Part shown: one piece after another, positions 25,138 through 38,250 of the stretch
Numbering within the stretch: the first letter of the stretch is position 1
Layout of the letters: each line of letters begins with the position of its first letter
NCBI RefSeq assembly: GCF_035084215.1
Contig: NW_027139729.1
Coordinates: forward strand, 2,790,001-2,854,000
Reading direction: 5' to 3'
Length of the DNA: 64,000 nucleotides
DNA from: Heptranchias perlo
Taxonomy: Eukaryota
Notes under the pieces: generated by a model
What the model was told of the DNA's origin: nothing
The model's input: the letters and a program-made list of their open reading frames with translations, nothing else
The model's database searches: none
Made by a program: the position numbers and the translations under genes

Positions 25138-28100
25138 ATGGGATATTCAGTAATGTATCTGATAGAATGTATTTATTATCCAGTTCTCGCAGCCGTTGGA
25201 ATCCCAGGTAAGCCATTATCTCAGCTGTTCAAGGTATAAATCGTTATTAAATCTGCTGCTGTACTTGATACTTTTTTTTTCTCCCATCTTGTATTACACA
25301 GTGGACTGTTCTGTCCTCAGTCTCTGGTCTTTTGGTCTTGGAGCAGCTGCATTATATGCTTTACGATTTTGTTTATCCAATTCTGGCATTGTTACTGGAT
25401 TATTCTCTGTGCTGAATGTATTGGAATCAGGTGTCTGGGCTAAGAGCTGGTCTCAGACCATCAGGAGTTGTTCACAGTTTCATGTTGTGGAACTAACCTG
25501 TCCTGGAATATTTTTTTCATAAACGTGTTTTTAGTGATTGATAATGAGACAGCTCACGGTCTCAGTGTTACAAGGAGGCAGCGCAATGTCCTCCGTCCAC
25601 AATAATATGGTTCAGTTTAACTGGGATTTCAATGTATTTATTGGTTATCACTATTCCGAAAGTTTATTTAATTGTGTGTGTATCTGACGCCGCTTCAGAT
25701 GTCTGCCTATTGAACTAAGTTTGCAGCTGATCCTTTTACACCTCATTCTCTGCTTCACTGTCGATGAATTCACTGTAAAATGCAATGTTTTGATGTTATG
25801 TTGTATCAGTTTGCACTTTATCTGTTGGAATCATGGGCCCTTCTATTTATCTGCAGACTTTCAGCAGCAGCGGTGATGTCGGCGTTTTGTTAATTGAACA
25901 ATGCCGCCATCTAACGCTGTACTTTGTAATTACAGGAGAAGGAATTTCAATTGTTGTGAGGTGTGTCTGGGAGAGGGATTCGATTCTGTTCATTCCATGC
26001 ATTGTAGATGAAGTGAACAGTGTAGGTGAACAGGTGGAGAACGGGATGATCTGTAGAAACATTAAACCGTTCACAGAGACTTCACCATTAAACAAACTTA
26101 CACTAAGAATAGGATCTTTGGAACACGGGGCTGGTGAGGAGAAAGCAGGCGCAGGATGTTAGGATTTACTCGGATGTCAAAAGGGGCATTGAGAAAGAAA
26201 TTAGAGAGAGCGGAGAGTTAGAGAGGAGCGACAGAGAACGCGACTGAGAAGGAAAATGAGAGAGGGGGCAGAAGAAACGAGAGACAGACAGACAGACGCA
26301 CACACACTCAGAATGAGAGCGAGAGGGGAAGAGAGAGAGAGAGCAGCAGCGGTGTGAATAATTCATCGGAATGAACTGCGAAACTTCCAGTACAATTGTG
26401 AAGAGGAAATGTGACTTCAAGGTTTTATTAGGATGTTGTCAGATTGTGAGAGTTTTATTGTACTCTCTCCGGGTGTGTTTATCACGATCAGATCCTCAGT
26501 CTGTTTATGTGAATGTTCCTTTTACTTGTTTACTGACTGAATACATGGACATAAATCAAATGTATTTGAAGAATAAAATCAGTGATTTTTTGATCGCAGT
26601 GAATTATTAGAATACTGTATTCTAGAGAATGTATATTTCAGCTTAATTCAACAAAGAACGGGGCAAATTTAATCAATGCATTTTAATTTAATTTCAGTTG
26701 CATGTACAAAGTAAATTTGTTGTACACATTATGTAGCCAACGAACTATTCACTGACACCAATAATCACAAAAATATAATGGTTGAATTTATTAATTGGAT
26801 TGTGAGTTGGACCTATCGATCAGATTTCCTCCAACACTCTGCTGCAGTCTCTCCCTGTGAATCCCAGCCTCTCCTCCCACTGCATTGAATCCTCTGTCTC
26901 CTCATCCGTTACTTCTGTTTATCCGCTTTCACAAACCATCTGCTCCTGTCTCCCCTCCAGCTCCGACATGTCCTTTTCTTTGTCTCCCTCCCAATTTCAC
27001 TCACTGGCTCGGCCCACAGCTGCCCCTTCCAATCCGATTCGAAGTATAAAACTTACCGACGCGGATATTGGTCTTTCCCGTTTTGTGCCGGCCCCTGTCG
27101 GCTCTCTTCATCCAGAGCAACAAACCAGCAGCACCTCCCGTTGTCCCCTCACCTTCTCGGCCATCAGTCACTTTCCCTTCTGTCTGGAACCCAAATCCGC
27201 ATTTCATCGGTTCAGGAAAGCACCTTCTCACTTCCCCACCGGCACTGCGCCCTCTCTCGGCCCTTCCAGTGGATCCGGTGTTCAATTTATTCACTTTCTG
27301 TATCAATTTCCCAATTCATTGTTTATAATTGTGTTTAAAAACATTTCTCCGCCCGAAAGCGCTGCCCAGGTCAGTGAATCAGTTTCCACCGTTTGATGCA
27401 GCAACAAAGCTGGAAATTTCACCCCAGATCCTCTCAAACTGCTGCTTTGGCTCCAGGTCTGATCAGTAATTTCTCTCCTTCCGTTTCTCTCTCTTACAGT
27501 TAACTTGTTGGCGATTGTAATCCTGTCCCGAGGAAAGTGCGGCCTCTCCAAATGTATCACTCGCTACCTGGTGGGAATGGCGGCGGCCGATCTCCTGGTC
27601 GTTATCACTGATGTCATAATGTGTCGCATTGTTGTTATTTATTTCCCAGTTTCATTCTTGACCATTACCCCCGTGTGTCGTCTCATTGTCACCCTGAGTT
27701 TAGCAGTCACAGTGGCCTCTGTCTGGTTTACAGTGGTTTTCACCTTTGATCGATTTGTGGCCATTTGTTGTCAGAAGCTGAAAACAAAATATTGCACCGA
27801 GAAAACGGCGGCTGTTGTTATCGGGGTGGTGAGTGCGCTGAGCTGTTTACTAAACATTCCCATGTACTTTGTAATTGGCCCGGAATATATAATGGACAAT
27901 GTACCTCGGGGTTGTGTCTTTAAACCGACATTTTTCACTTCACCCACATTTGCTGCGTTTGACTTGTTTCATCTTGTGTTAACTCCTTGTCTTCCATTCA
28001 TTCTGATTTTGCTGTTCAATGTTCTCACCGCCAGGCACATTTTAGCGGCAAGCAGAGCCCGCAGGGGACTCCGGGGCCGCAGCAATGGAGAGAATCACAA

Positions 28101-28389
28101 GGATCCAGTGATGGAGAACCGAAGGAAATCCATCATTTTACTTTTCAGTATATCAGGCAGTTTTATATTGTTATGGAGCGCAGAAGTTTTTTATTTTATC
28201 TCTCTGCGTATAACAGACGCCCAGTTCTATACGGTCAGTGACATTGAGTCAGCCGGATTCATGCTTCAACTTCTCAGTTCCTGCACCAACACGTGTATTT
28301 ATGCTGTGACCCAGACTAAATTCAGAGAGGAGCTGAAGAACGGGGTGAAATACCCACTGAATCTAATTGTTACATTAGTTAAATCATAG
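25138..28389 (+). CDS. Two-exon class A GPCR, GPR139/GPR142-like (319 aa); exon 1 25138-25207, exon 2 27500-28389
   Basis: Exon 1 MGYSVMYLIECIYYPVLAAVGIP ends G|GTAAG; exon 2 follows CTCTTACAG| in matching phase (V-N-L-L-A); hydrophobic 7TM pattern, MAAADLL, FDRFVAIC, NTCIY; TATAAA 25047-25052; AATAAA 28420-28425. Confidence 0.9.
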
Positions 28390-29852
28390 AAACGTCTGAA
28401 TTCTTTCCATCCGAAATTAAATAAAAAGTTAATTAGAGTCAATTAGAGTTTCACGTTTGGCGGTGGCCTAAGACGGGCGGTAGCGGATCGGGCGCCCGTT
28501 ATTCACCGCGCCTGATTTTACTATCTATTGACATCAATGAGTTCACTAAAGTAACTGATATCAATCGAATACTTGAAATAAATTTGGAAAAAAGCAGACA
28601 GGAATTATATTTTACCCGACAAATGCGGTGTTTGTGAAATGATACAAGATGTGATTCTAACATGAAATTATTTGCTGTTATTAGTTTGGAAATAATATGA
28701 TTTCAATATTAAATGTTTAATCCTGAAATGAATAAAATCAAATCCTCCTTTTCGGTTGATGATTATTTCCCATCACACACACTGCTCGGTGGGATGGACT
28801 GAAGGTGAGCTGTCAGTGTCAGACAGCGTCCTGTTCATTGGGACATTTGTTTTGACCAGAACAGAATAATAATGGACCAACACCCGGACCGTTACTAACT
28901 GGTAAAATATTAATGTAATTTCAAACTCCAGTGGGGAGTTCCGGAGATCGTTTCCTCTCTGAGCTGCTGTTCAGCAATGTTTACTCACTGCAGGGAGTTT
29001 AATGGGACATGAGGCTGGGCCTGGTTACACAGATCAATAAGGAAACCTCCTGATACATTTCTGAGACGATCAGGGGCCGGGAGATTTCTCACGGCCTCAG
29101 CAGGCCAAGGGAAAGCTCTCCTGCTCATCCTTACTCCAAAAAATATAAGTTAAAAATAAACTTCTCAGTGTTCTGGATCACTCAATGCCCATCGATAGGG
29201 CGGCTCCTCCTCCCATTCGTCACCAAATTTAAATACTGTCCCAGATACGTCACAATACTCTGATTTACATATTACACGTGGTCTGACCCGGAAACAGGTG
29301 GGTGTTGCTCCGGCCGCTCTTCTCAGGACCCGACCCACGATGGTGGAGGCAGGAACTCCAACGTTAAAGGGGCGGTAAGTGACCTGACACCATTTACTCG
29401 CCTCTACCACCCCATTTCCGGCAGGCGGGGATAGTTAAAATCGGCCACACCTTACCTGACCTACGCCCAAGTATCAATCTTCGAAGACCACAAGCTGGTC
29501 CATTGTCTCAAACTACACCGGTTCACAACACGTGGAGGGAAATTTTCACCATCGCTGGGGGCTGAACCGATGGAGTGGATCACCCCCCCCCTCCCCCCGC
29601 TGAAAGTACAGGCCCGATTTTATTTTCTGCTCCCTCAGTTTACCGCCCAAGCAGTGAAGGTGAAATTACCCCCTACGTCTCTGACCCCAAGCTTCTACAG
29701 GTGTGTGAAAGACATCAGACAGTGTTTGCCAAACACTAACATGAATGTGGGCGAATGGATCCATGTATTCGGGTAAAAGGTGATAACCCCCATTCACAGA
29801 GACAGGATCCCTATACCATGGAGTCGAAGAGGGGTTCACCCCCGACAGCAGT

Positions 29853-30098
29853 GGGACACACTGAAGCGAGGTGCGGCCCAGGCAAAGGCTCTATGGGGAA
29901 AGGCCACTGTGTAAGGCTATTTCACCTTGTATTGTACATCATGTCCGAGAAAATATATACTGTGTGTTGAATTGTAAAAATGGAATCGTCGTGTGCACAA
30001 TCTGTATTGATTATTTTGAATTGTAACTGATATTTACATTGAACTGTGTGCATCCATAAATTTTATGAAATAAACTATATTTTGAAATACAAAAAAAA
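29853..30098 (+). mobile_element. 3' end of a Tx1/L1-like LINE
   Basis: DTLKRGAAQAKALWGKATV stop, then UTR and A-tail; similar to 23065-23392. Confidence 0.55.
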
Positions 30099-30344
30099 GT
30101 TCCAGTCTCGCCGTCTCTGTTGTTATTGGACAGTGAATAGAGTAAACACTGCCAGACTGTAAAGATGCGGGGAGTAATACAAAGAGCATCTATTGGGACT
30201 GTCGAGGAGCAAAGGGGCTTTGGTGTCTCGGTACACCAAACAATAAAAGTCCATTACTTTTACTGGCGAAGTTTGGAAATCTAGTGCACATGTATCAAAA
30301 ATAACATTGAAGATCCCAATTTCGAGGCTGTCATATCCCAAGTC

Positions 30345-31268
30345 ATGATGTGGAGATGCCGGTGATGGACTGGGGTTGACAATTGTAAACAATTTTACAA
30401 CACCAAGTTATAGTCCAGCAATTTTATTTTAAATTCATAAGCTTTCGGAGATTTTCTCCTTCCTCAGGCAAATGTTTCAAGATCTCCTTGAAGCCTACGC
30501 ATTTATACATATTGAACAATACATGGTGTTTACAGACTGCCCCTGCAACTGCCCGTTGCCAAGGCAATCACCGTGTTCAGACAGAGAGGTGTTACCTGCA
30601 GAACCTCCGAATACACATTCAACAAAAAAACAAACAGGGAAAAAAAACAGAGAAAAAAAAAACACAGAGAGAGGCAGAAACATCCGGAAGGCAGAGAGAG
30701 CCAGCAAATGACCCATTATATTAAAAACAGATAACATTTGTTCGCTGGTGGGGTAACGTGTAGCGTGACATGAACCCAAGATCCCGGTTGAGGCCGTCCT
30801 CATGGGTGCGGAACTTGGCTATCAATTTCTGCTCGACGATTTTGCGTTGTCGTGTGTCTCGAAGGCCGCCTTGGAGTACGCTTACCCGAAGGTCGGTGGA
30901 TGAATGTCCATGACTGCTGAAGTGTTCCCCGACTGGGAGGGAACCCTCCTGTTTGGCGATTGTTGCGCGGTGTTCGTTCATCCGTTGTCGCAGCGTCTGC
31001 ATGGTCGCGCCAATGTACCATGCTCTGGGGCATCCTTTCCTGCAACGTATGAGGTAGACAACGTTGGCTGAGTCACAGGAGTATGAACCATGCACCTGGT
31101 GGGTGGTGTCCTCTCGTGTGATGGTGGTATCTGTGTCGATGATCTGGCATGTCTTGCAGAGGTTACCGTGGCAGGGTTGTGTGGCGTCGTGGACGCTGTT
31201 CTCTTGAAAGCTAGGTAGTTTGCTGCGAACGATGGTCTGTTTGAGGTTGGGTGGCTGTTTAAAGGCCA
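30345..31268 (-). mobile_element. 5'-truncated Penelope-like retroelement (Neptune-type): Cys-rich linker, GIY-YIG endonuclease (ORF 30721-31269), 3' pLTR with hammerhead motif (30434-30472)
   Basis: PCHGNLCKTC; VVYLIRC...YIGAT..LRQRMNEH; EQKLI; GLN; 3' end shared with the fold-back insertions. Confidence 0.92.
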
Positions 31269-31899
31269 AGGAATAGAAAGATATGCTGTTAGGGTTAGAT
31301 GAAGAAGGGTGACAGGAGGCTCATGCAGAGCATAAACACCGGCCTTCTGTACATTCACTTGGCACCAAGTGAGAAATAGGAGAATTTTCTTAATGGTGAG
31401 AAACTAGGGACTGTAGAGGAGCAAAGGGGTTTAGGTGTCCAGGTACAGCAATCAATAAAAACCAGTGCACATGTACCAAAATAATTTGAAATTTCGTGGC
31501 TGTCGCATCCCAACGTATCGCTGTCAGGTACTTCGCCAACTCTCTGGAATTTGCTGATACAATCAGGCTCCATTGCCTCCCTCGCTGGTCCAGCACCATC
31601 TGCATTAAAAAAGGTACATTCAAGCATTCTGCTCATCCTATGCCCCAGGGAGAGACGACTAATAGTGGCGGGAGGACCCAGACCATCAGCCTTATGTGAG
31701 TTTAGACATTTCTGTTTTAATTTCAGATTATTGTATTTGCAGTTTTTTTTTCCTTTTTTGGAACATTTCTAATTTTATTTCATTCATGAACATTTTGCAT
31801 TTTAAACAAATTCTCCAAACCCTGTGCGCAGTGAGTGCTGAATCCGGGCCCTTTGATTGACAGCTCTCTCCTCCCCCCGACTCCTGGGCTGACACCTTC

Positions 31900-32260
31900 C
31901 ACCACGTGACACTCTGAAGCGTCACTCACCTTTGCGCGCTGACGTCACGAGGCGTATGTGCCGCTCGGGCCAGAGGGATGCCGCGCATGCGCCGCGCGGT
32001 TCCTGTGCCGCGTTCCCTTAGCAACAGGCCGGCGCCGGGAAGATGATGGCGGGCGGGCGGTGCTGTGGGCGGGGGCGAGGCCGACAGAGGGAGGGCCCGC
32101 ACCCGGGAGTGGCCTGAGGGGGGTGGCGGGGGGAGACGGGGGAAGTTACTCGGGGACTCCTGAATCTCCACTCTGTCAGCGGCCGGTGTCGAGCTGGGCT
32201 CGGGGGGGAGTCACTCTCCCGCCTCCCCGTCAAACGGGCCGTGGGTCGGAGCCCAAAAGT
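31900..32260 (+). promoter_or_regulatory. CpG-island promoter (NRF1 GCGCATGCGC, CRE TGACGTCA)
   Basis: Paralog of 760-1110 with a perfect NRF1 palindrome near 31983. Confidence 0.6.
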
Positions 32261-32649
32261 GAGCGAGAATCAAACAGCACAGAGAGAGGCCGCTCGGCCC
32301 ATCGCGCCTGTGCCGGCCCTGTGAAAGAGCGATCCCATTAGTCCCACTCCCCCTGCTCTTTCCCCACAGTCCCGCAAATTTCCCCCCTTCAAGGATTGAC
32401 CTGATTCCCTTTTGAAAGTTATTATTGAATCTGCTCCCGCCGCCCTTTCAGGCAGTGAATTCCAGATCAGATCAACTCGCTGCCGAAAAACATTCTCCTC
32501 ATCTCCCTCTGGCTCTTTTCCCAATTCCCTTCAATCTGTGTCCTCTGGTTACCGACCCTCCCGCCAGTGGCAACAGTTACAAGGGAGGGAGGTGGTCTTT
32601 AAGACCGTCCGTGCTCTGTTGTAAGATCTCACTGTGTGTCTTGTTCCAG

Positions 32650-32770
32650 CCGTTCCCATTTGTACCTGTGACCTGACTGGCGGATTCTGCGAACTCGACT
32701 GCTGCTGTGACCCTGACTGTTCCCCCGCGGACATCAATGTCTTCACCACCTGTCTGCCGGGCAGTGAACC
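32650..32770 (+). pseudogene. Second Tectonic-like Cys-rich exon
   Basis: [39 protein letters not shown] after TTGTTCCAG; donor position reads ATACGT. Confidence 0.75.
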
Positions 32771-32994
32771 ATACGTTTCTGTTCGTGTGTTCGTACATTG
32801 GCTCCCGGTCCGACATTTTAAGATCCTCATCCTCGTGTTCAAAACTTTCCATGGTCCTCGCCCTCTCCCTATCTCTGTAACCTCCTCCAACAGATTTAAT
32901 CTCCTCCGACAACCCCATGTCACTCCACCCTATCATGGATTCTACCCCACCCATTTATCTCCTCCCACAGCCCATGTACACTCTACGCACAGTC

Positions 32995-33197
32995 ATTGCT
33001 GGGACACTCAGTCCTGTCATACACACAGTCAGTGCTGGGACACTCAGTCCTGTTATACACACAGTCAGTGCTGGGACATTCAGTCCTGTTATACACACAG
33101 TCAGTGCATGGACACCCAGTCCTGTCATACACACAGTCAGTGCTGGGACATTCAGTCCTGTTATACACACAGTCAGTGCTGGGACAATCAGTCCTGT
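32995..33197. repeat. 36-bp minisatellite, 5-6 units
   Basis: Same unit as 2278-2721. Confidence 0.92.
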
Positions 33198-33483
33198 CAG
33201 ACTTGGATGTCTTGTATATCCATCTTTTAAAAGGTATAGGAACTCAGTTCTAAGATGGATTCGACTCACTTCATAATAATCCTCAATCAGCTTGTCTTAT
33301 CATCAAGATGTCAAGCACTGGACACACTGTCTTCAAAGGAAAGCTGATTTATTTGAATCTTGTACAGAATACAGTAAAAATGGGTTATTAACATCAGAAA
33401 CAAACCCCAACTGTCAGAATGAACATGGTTCAGTCCTGGATGTGATTAACAGCAGCAATAACAGCAGAATCCAACCCCTGTAA

Positions 33484-34911
33484 TCACATGTGAACTCGCT
33501 GGTGACTCAGCAGGTGGGATGATTGAGTGAATCCATTCCCACACACAGAGCAGGTGAACGGCCTCTCCCCAGTGTGATTACGTTCGTGTCTCAGCAGATT
33601 CCACTTTCTTTTAAAGCTCTTCTCACAGACAGAACATTTCAGGGGTCTCTTATCAGTGTGAACAAGTTGATGTTCAATGAGGCTGGATAACTGAATGAAT
33701 CCTTTCCCACACACGGAGCAGGTGAACGGCCTCTCCCCAGTGTGAATGCGTTGGTGTGTCAGCAGATCCTTTTTTCTTTTAAAGCTCTTCTCACAGTCGG
33801 AACATTTAAAAAGTCTCTTATCAGTGTGAACAAGTTGGTGTTCAATCAGGTTGGATGAGTGAGTGAATCCCTTCCCACACAGGGAGCAGGTGAACGGCCT
33901 CTCCCCAGTGTGAACTCGCTGGTGACTCAACAGGTGGGATGATCGAGTGAATCCCTTCCCACACACGGAGCAGGTAAACGGCCTCTCCCCATTGTGAACT
34001 CGCTGGTGTCTCAGCAGGTCGGACGAATGAGTGAAACTTTTCCCACACTCAGTGCAGGTGAACGGACCCTCTCCAGCGTGAATTTGCTGGTGTCTCAGCA
34101 GATCCCTTATTCTTTTAAAGCTCTTCTCACAGTCAGAACATTTAAAGGGTCTCTTATCAGTGTGAACAAGTTGGTGTTCAATGAGGTTGGATGACTGAGT
34201 GAATCCCTTCCCACACGCAGAGCAGGTGAACGGCCTCTCCCCAGTGTGAACTCGCTGGTGTTTCAGCAGATCCCTTGTTCTTTTAAAGCTCTTCTCACAG
34301 TCAGAACATTTAAAGGGTCTCTTATGAGTGTGAACAAGTTGGTGTTCAATGAGGCCGGATGACAGAGTGAAACCCGTCCCACACACAGAGCAGGTGAACG
34401 GCCTCTCCCCAGTGTGAACTCGCTGGTGTATCAGCAGATGGGATGACTGAGTGAATCTCTTCCCACACTCAGTGCAGGTGAACGGCCTCTCTCCAGTGTG
34501 AGTCCGTTGGTGTGCCAGTAGATCCTTTTTACTTTTAAAGCTCTTTTCACATTCAGAACATTTGAAAGGTCTCTTATCAGTATGAACAAGTTGATGTGCC
34601 AGAAGATTGGATGAATGAATGAATCCTTTCTCACACACGGAGCAGGTGAACGGCCTCTCCCCAGTGTGACTGCGTCGATGAGTTTCCAGCTGGGACGGGG
34701 AACTGAATCCCTTCCCACAGTCCCCACATTTCCACGGTTTCTCCGTGCTGCGGGTGTCCTCGAGTCTCTCCAGGTTGGACGATGAGTTGAAGCCTCGTCC
34801 ACACACAGAACACGTGTACGGTTTCTCCCCACTGTGAATGGTCTGATGTGTTTTCAGGCTGTGTAACTGGTTAAAGCTCTTTCCACAGTCAGTGCACTGG
34901 AACACTCTCAC
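33484..34911 (-). CDS. C2H2 zinc-finger array, 17 repeats (16 intact); open frame without an initiating AUG
   Basis: 475-codon frame of tandem fingers; acceptor before 35108; AATAAA 33348-33353 (minus strand); paralogous ATG is ACG at 34744-34746. Confidence 0.8.
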   Translation of the reverse strand: MRVFQCTDCGKSFNQLHSLKTHQTIHSGEKPYTCSVCGRGFNSSSNLERLEDTRSTEKPWKCGDCGKGFSSPSQLETHRRSHTGERPFTCSVCEKGFIHSSNLLAHQLVHTDKRPFKCSECEKSFKSKKDLLAHQRTHTGERPFTCTECGKRFTQSSHLLIHQRVHTGERPFTCSVCGTGFTLSSGLIEHQLVHTHKRPFKCSDCEKSFKRTRDLLKHQRVHTGERPFTCSACGKGFTQSSNLIEHQLVHTDKRPFKCSDCEKSFKRIRDLLRHQQIHAGEGPFTCTECGKSFTHSSDLLRHQRVHNGERPFTCSVCGKGFTRSSHLLSHQRVHTGERPFTCSLCGKGFTHSSNLIEHQLVHTDKRLFKCSDCEKSFKRKKDLLTHQRIHTGERPFTCSVCGKGFIQLSSLIEHQLVHTDKRPLKCSVCEKSFKRKWNLLRHERNHTGERPFTCSVCGNGFTQSSHLLSHQRVHM

Positions 34912-35324
34912 TCGGGTGTATGGTTCTCGGTGATTTTCCAGTTACACTGATGTTTGAAATATTTTCCCACAGACAGAACGGAAAAAAAATTCTCCTTCTA
35001 TATTCAAAGGCCGATGATCTTCAGGTGCTGGTGAATTGAGTGACTGTCAGGTCTCCATGTGATATTTGGTTTGATTTTCTCATCTTCAAATCCTCCCCTT
35101 GTAATACCCTGTAAAAGGAGTTTACAAAAGTCTTCACTGTGAATACAGGGAATACAGGATAGAAATTCAGAACAGGGAATTCCAGTTTCTATGGAACATT
35201 CTTCCCATTCATTCTCCCAGACTGTAAATCCCCGGCCCACACACTCACCCTCCTCCCTCTGCTGAAATCCAAACCCATCGCACCACCTCCAACATCTTTC
35301 CTTCTATTTCAGTTTTCTTTCTTC

Positions 35325-35665
35325 CATGAAGGTGTTGACTCTGACTGGGTTCAGTTCTGCACTCACTGGTTCCACTCCCTCTCCTCCCCTGAAGGTGCTG
35401 ACTCTGGCAGGGTTCAGTTCTACACTCACTGGTTCCTCTCCCTCTCCTCCCCTGAAGGTGCTGACTCTGACTGGGTTCAGTTCTCGACTCACTGGCTCCC
35501 CTCCCTCTCCTCCGCTTAAGGTGCTGACTCTGGTTAGGTTGAGTTCTACACTCACTGGTTCCCCTCACTCTCCTCCCCTGAAGGTGCTGACTCTGGTTAG
35601 GTTCAGTTCCACAATCACTTGATCCCCTCCCTCTCCTACCCTGAAGGTGCTGTCTCTGGCTAGGT
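35325..35665. repeat. ~63-bp intronic tandem repeat, ~5 units
   Basis: GAAGGTGCTGACTCTGG..GGTTCAGTTCTACACTCACTGGTTCCCCTCCCTCTCCTCCCCT; about 2 units in copy A (4615-4755). Confidence 0.9.
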
Positions 35666-36175
35666 ATTTATGCTCTCGTCCTCTTTTCAACACAGTGTCC
35701 CTCCCTATAGCTGCCTGTAAGCTGTCCATCTGTAATAGCTCCCACTTTTGGTGATGTCCGCTAGCTGACCAGCCACCATTTCTCCTTTATTTACAGACAC
35801 TCCCTGATCAATCACCATTTATGCTTAATTTATAGACGCTCCCTGACCAGTCACCGTTTCTCCTTCATTTATAGACACGCCCTGACCAGTCACCATTTCT
35901 GCTACATTTGTGGACACTCCATGACGTGGCATCATTTATCCTTCATTTAGAGACACTCCCTGACCCGTAACCATTTCTCCTTCATTTACAGACACTCCCT
36001 GACCAGTCATCATTTCTCCTTCATTTTTGGCACTGCCTGACCAGTCATCATTTCTCCTTCATTTATAGGCACTGCCTGATCGGTCACCTCCTCTCTCCTC
36101 ATCTCCCTCCAGATGTCCGTTCAATCTGAACAAGGCCCTTGCCATCCACAATCTTATTGCGGATGGTTGCATTTC

Positions 36176-36620
36176 GGAACATAGGAACAAGAGTCGGCCA
36201 TTCAGCCCCACGATCCTGTTCCGTCCTTCAATTAGGTCATGGCTGATCTGTATCTTAACTCCATCTACCCGCCTAGATACCTTAACCCTTAATATCCGTG
36301 CCAAACAAAAATCTATCAATCTCAGTTTTGAAATTATCAATTGACCCCCAGCCTCAACAGCTTTCAGGGGGAGAGAGTTCCAGATTTCCACTACCCTTTG
36401 TGTGAAGAATTGTTTACTGAATTCACCCCTGAACGGCCCAGCTCTAATTTTAAGGTGATTTCCCTTTGTTCTGGACTCCCCCACTGGAGGGACTAGTTTC
36501 TCTCTATCGACCCTATAAAATCCTTTAATCTTCTTAAACACCTCAATTAGATCACACCTTAATCTTGTAAATTCAAGACAATGCAAGCATAGTCTATGCA
36601 ATCTGTCCTCATAATTTACA
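36176..36620 (-). mobile_element. CR1 3' fragment
   Basis: YEDRLHRLCLHCLEFTRLRCDLIEVFK...FFTQRVVEIWNSLP. Confidence 0.85.
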
Positions 36621-36802
36621 AAAATCATCACTGTAAGTACAGGTTAGAAATTCACAACAGACAGTTCTAGTTTCTCTGGAACATTCTTTCCGCTCTCGTC
36701 CCACCTAAGCTGTAAATCCCCCGTCCCACACACTCTCTCTCCTTGCCCCTATTCAGCTGTAAATCCCCCGTCCCACACATTCTCCCTCCTTGCCCATATT
36801 AA

Positions 36803-36922
36803 GCACGGACTGCAGCGGTTCAAGAGGGCGGCTCACCACCACCTTCTCAAGGGCAATTAGGGATGGGCAATAAATGCCGGCCTCGCCAGCGACGCCCACA
36901 TCCCATGAACGAATAAAAAAAA
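36803..36922 (+). mobile_element. 3' tail of the family B LINE
   Basis: Reverse complement of ~19178-19295 ending in an A-run. Confidence 0.85.
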
Positions 36923-37199
36923 TCCCCGTCCCACACACTCTCCCTCCTTGACACGTCCTCGCAGTTTGAAATCCAGATTCATCGCAGGCTCTATTTTTTT
37001 CTCCCTTTCTCTCTTGAAGGTGCTGCGTGATGCTGGGGTTCGGCCCCAGTCACTGTTTGCCCTCCAGTACCCGGCCAAGTGGTACTTCTGCACCTGTGGG
37101 CCTACACAGCGAGCTGCCGGCATTTCGACCATGGGGAGCAGCGCAGCCGCCGTCCTTGGCTGATTCTGTCTGACAAAGCTGAGGCCAACGTTAGCACAT

Positions 37200-37470
37200 C
37201 AACAACAACCTGCATTTACATTGCGCCTTTAACGTAGTAAAACGTTCCCAGGCACTTCACAAGAGCGTAATCAGAAAAACAATTGACTTTGAGCCAAAGA
37301 AGGAGACATTAGGACTGAGCTTGGTCAAAGAGCTCACGGCCTCGGCAAATGAAGGCAGAGCCGCCAATGGTGGAGCGAAGGAATTTGGGGATGAACAAGA
37401 TGCCAGAATTGGAAGAACGCAGAGTTCTCGGAGGCGACATGGAAAGAGGGAAATGAATGACATTTAAACA
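37200..37470 (-). mobile_element. L2-type 3' end
   Basis: Reverse reads ...ACTACGTTAAAGGCGCAATGTAAATGCAGGTTGTTGTTG. Confidence 0.6.
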
Positions 37471-37949
37471 CTTGATCCACTGAGCACTGAAGTGTCTGAA
37501 ACTAATAATAGGAACTCCAGGTAAACAAAAAATACTGACAAATATTAAAACTGCTTTCTTGACAAAAGAAATCTCGACTGAGCTTTTAAAGATAAATTAT
37601 TAACAGGCGTTCACACCAACTCACCTGACTCGCCGACCCAGGTTCCACCCCTCAAGCACCGCGATTGGTGCAGAAGACACTGCTCCCGGGGCCCTCCGGC
37701 CTGGGCTCTCTTCCTGTTGGTTCTCGGGGAAATTAATCACCACTCGCCAACATTACGCTGCCGGGTGAAATTGAGGGGCTCAGAGGAAGAAAATAAAAGG
37801 AGGCCTTCAATCTGAGTCGGGAAATTAGAGAAACATGATTCAGTTCATAAACGTAGCTATTTAAAATCAAATCAAATGAAAAGCTGCAATTATTATTGGC
37901 GTGTCTTTGGCTCTCTGCTTCAAATGCACTTCTTTCGGTTCACGATATC

Positions 37950-38250
37950 ATTTACACATCGAGCTGATTTTAAAGTTCCTCTAGACCCATCCTTTGTTTC
38001 TTTATTTGGCCCATTACCACCCTCATTCCTTTGCACCATTATTCCTTTTATCATTACACATCGTGCTGTCTTTAAAGCTCCTCTAGACCCATCTTTTTTT
38101 TCTTTATTTGACCCATTAACACCCTCATTCCTTTGCACCATTATTCCTTTTATCATTACACATCGTGCTGTCTTTAAAGCTCCTCTAGACCCATCTTATT
38201 TTTCTTTACTTGCCCCATTAACACCCTCATTCCCTTTCACCATTATCCCT
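37950..38250. repeat. ~102-bp tandem repeat, ~3 units
   Basis: TTACACATCGTGCTGTCTTTAAAGCTCCTCTAGACCCATC repeated at ~37952, 38055, 38156. Confidence 0.85.

Larger units (their letters stand above)
31414..36070. repeat. Segmental duplication copy B
   Basis: Colinear with 1-5570; lacks the Penelope insertion and segments ~1506-1850 and ~2720-3070. Confidence 0.93.

Noticed and set aside
28440-29660. GC-rich patches resembling non-autonomous DNA elements
   Set aside because: Could not define terminal inverted repeats or TSDs by eye
32634-33230. 198-aa ORF as one real protein
   Set aside because: Chimera of the Tectonic-like exon, an L2 fragment and minisatellite, with a non-ATG start
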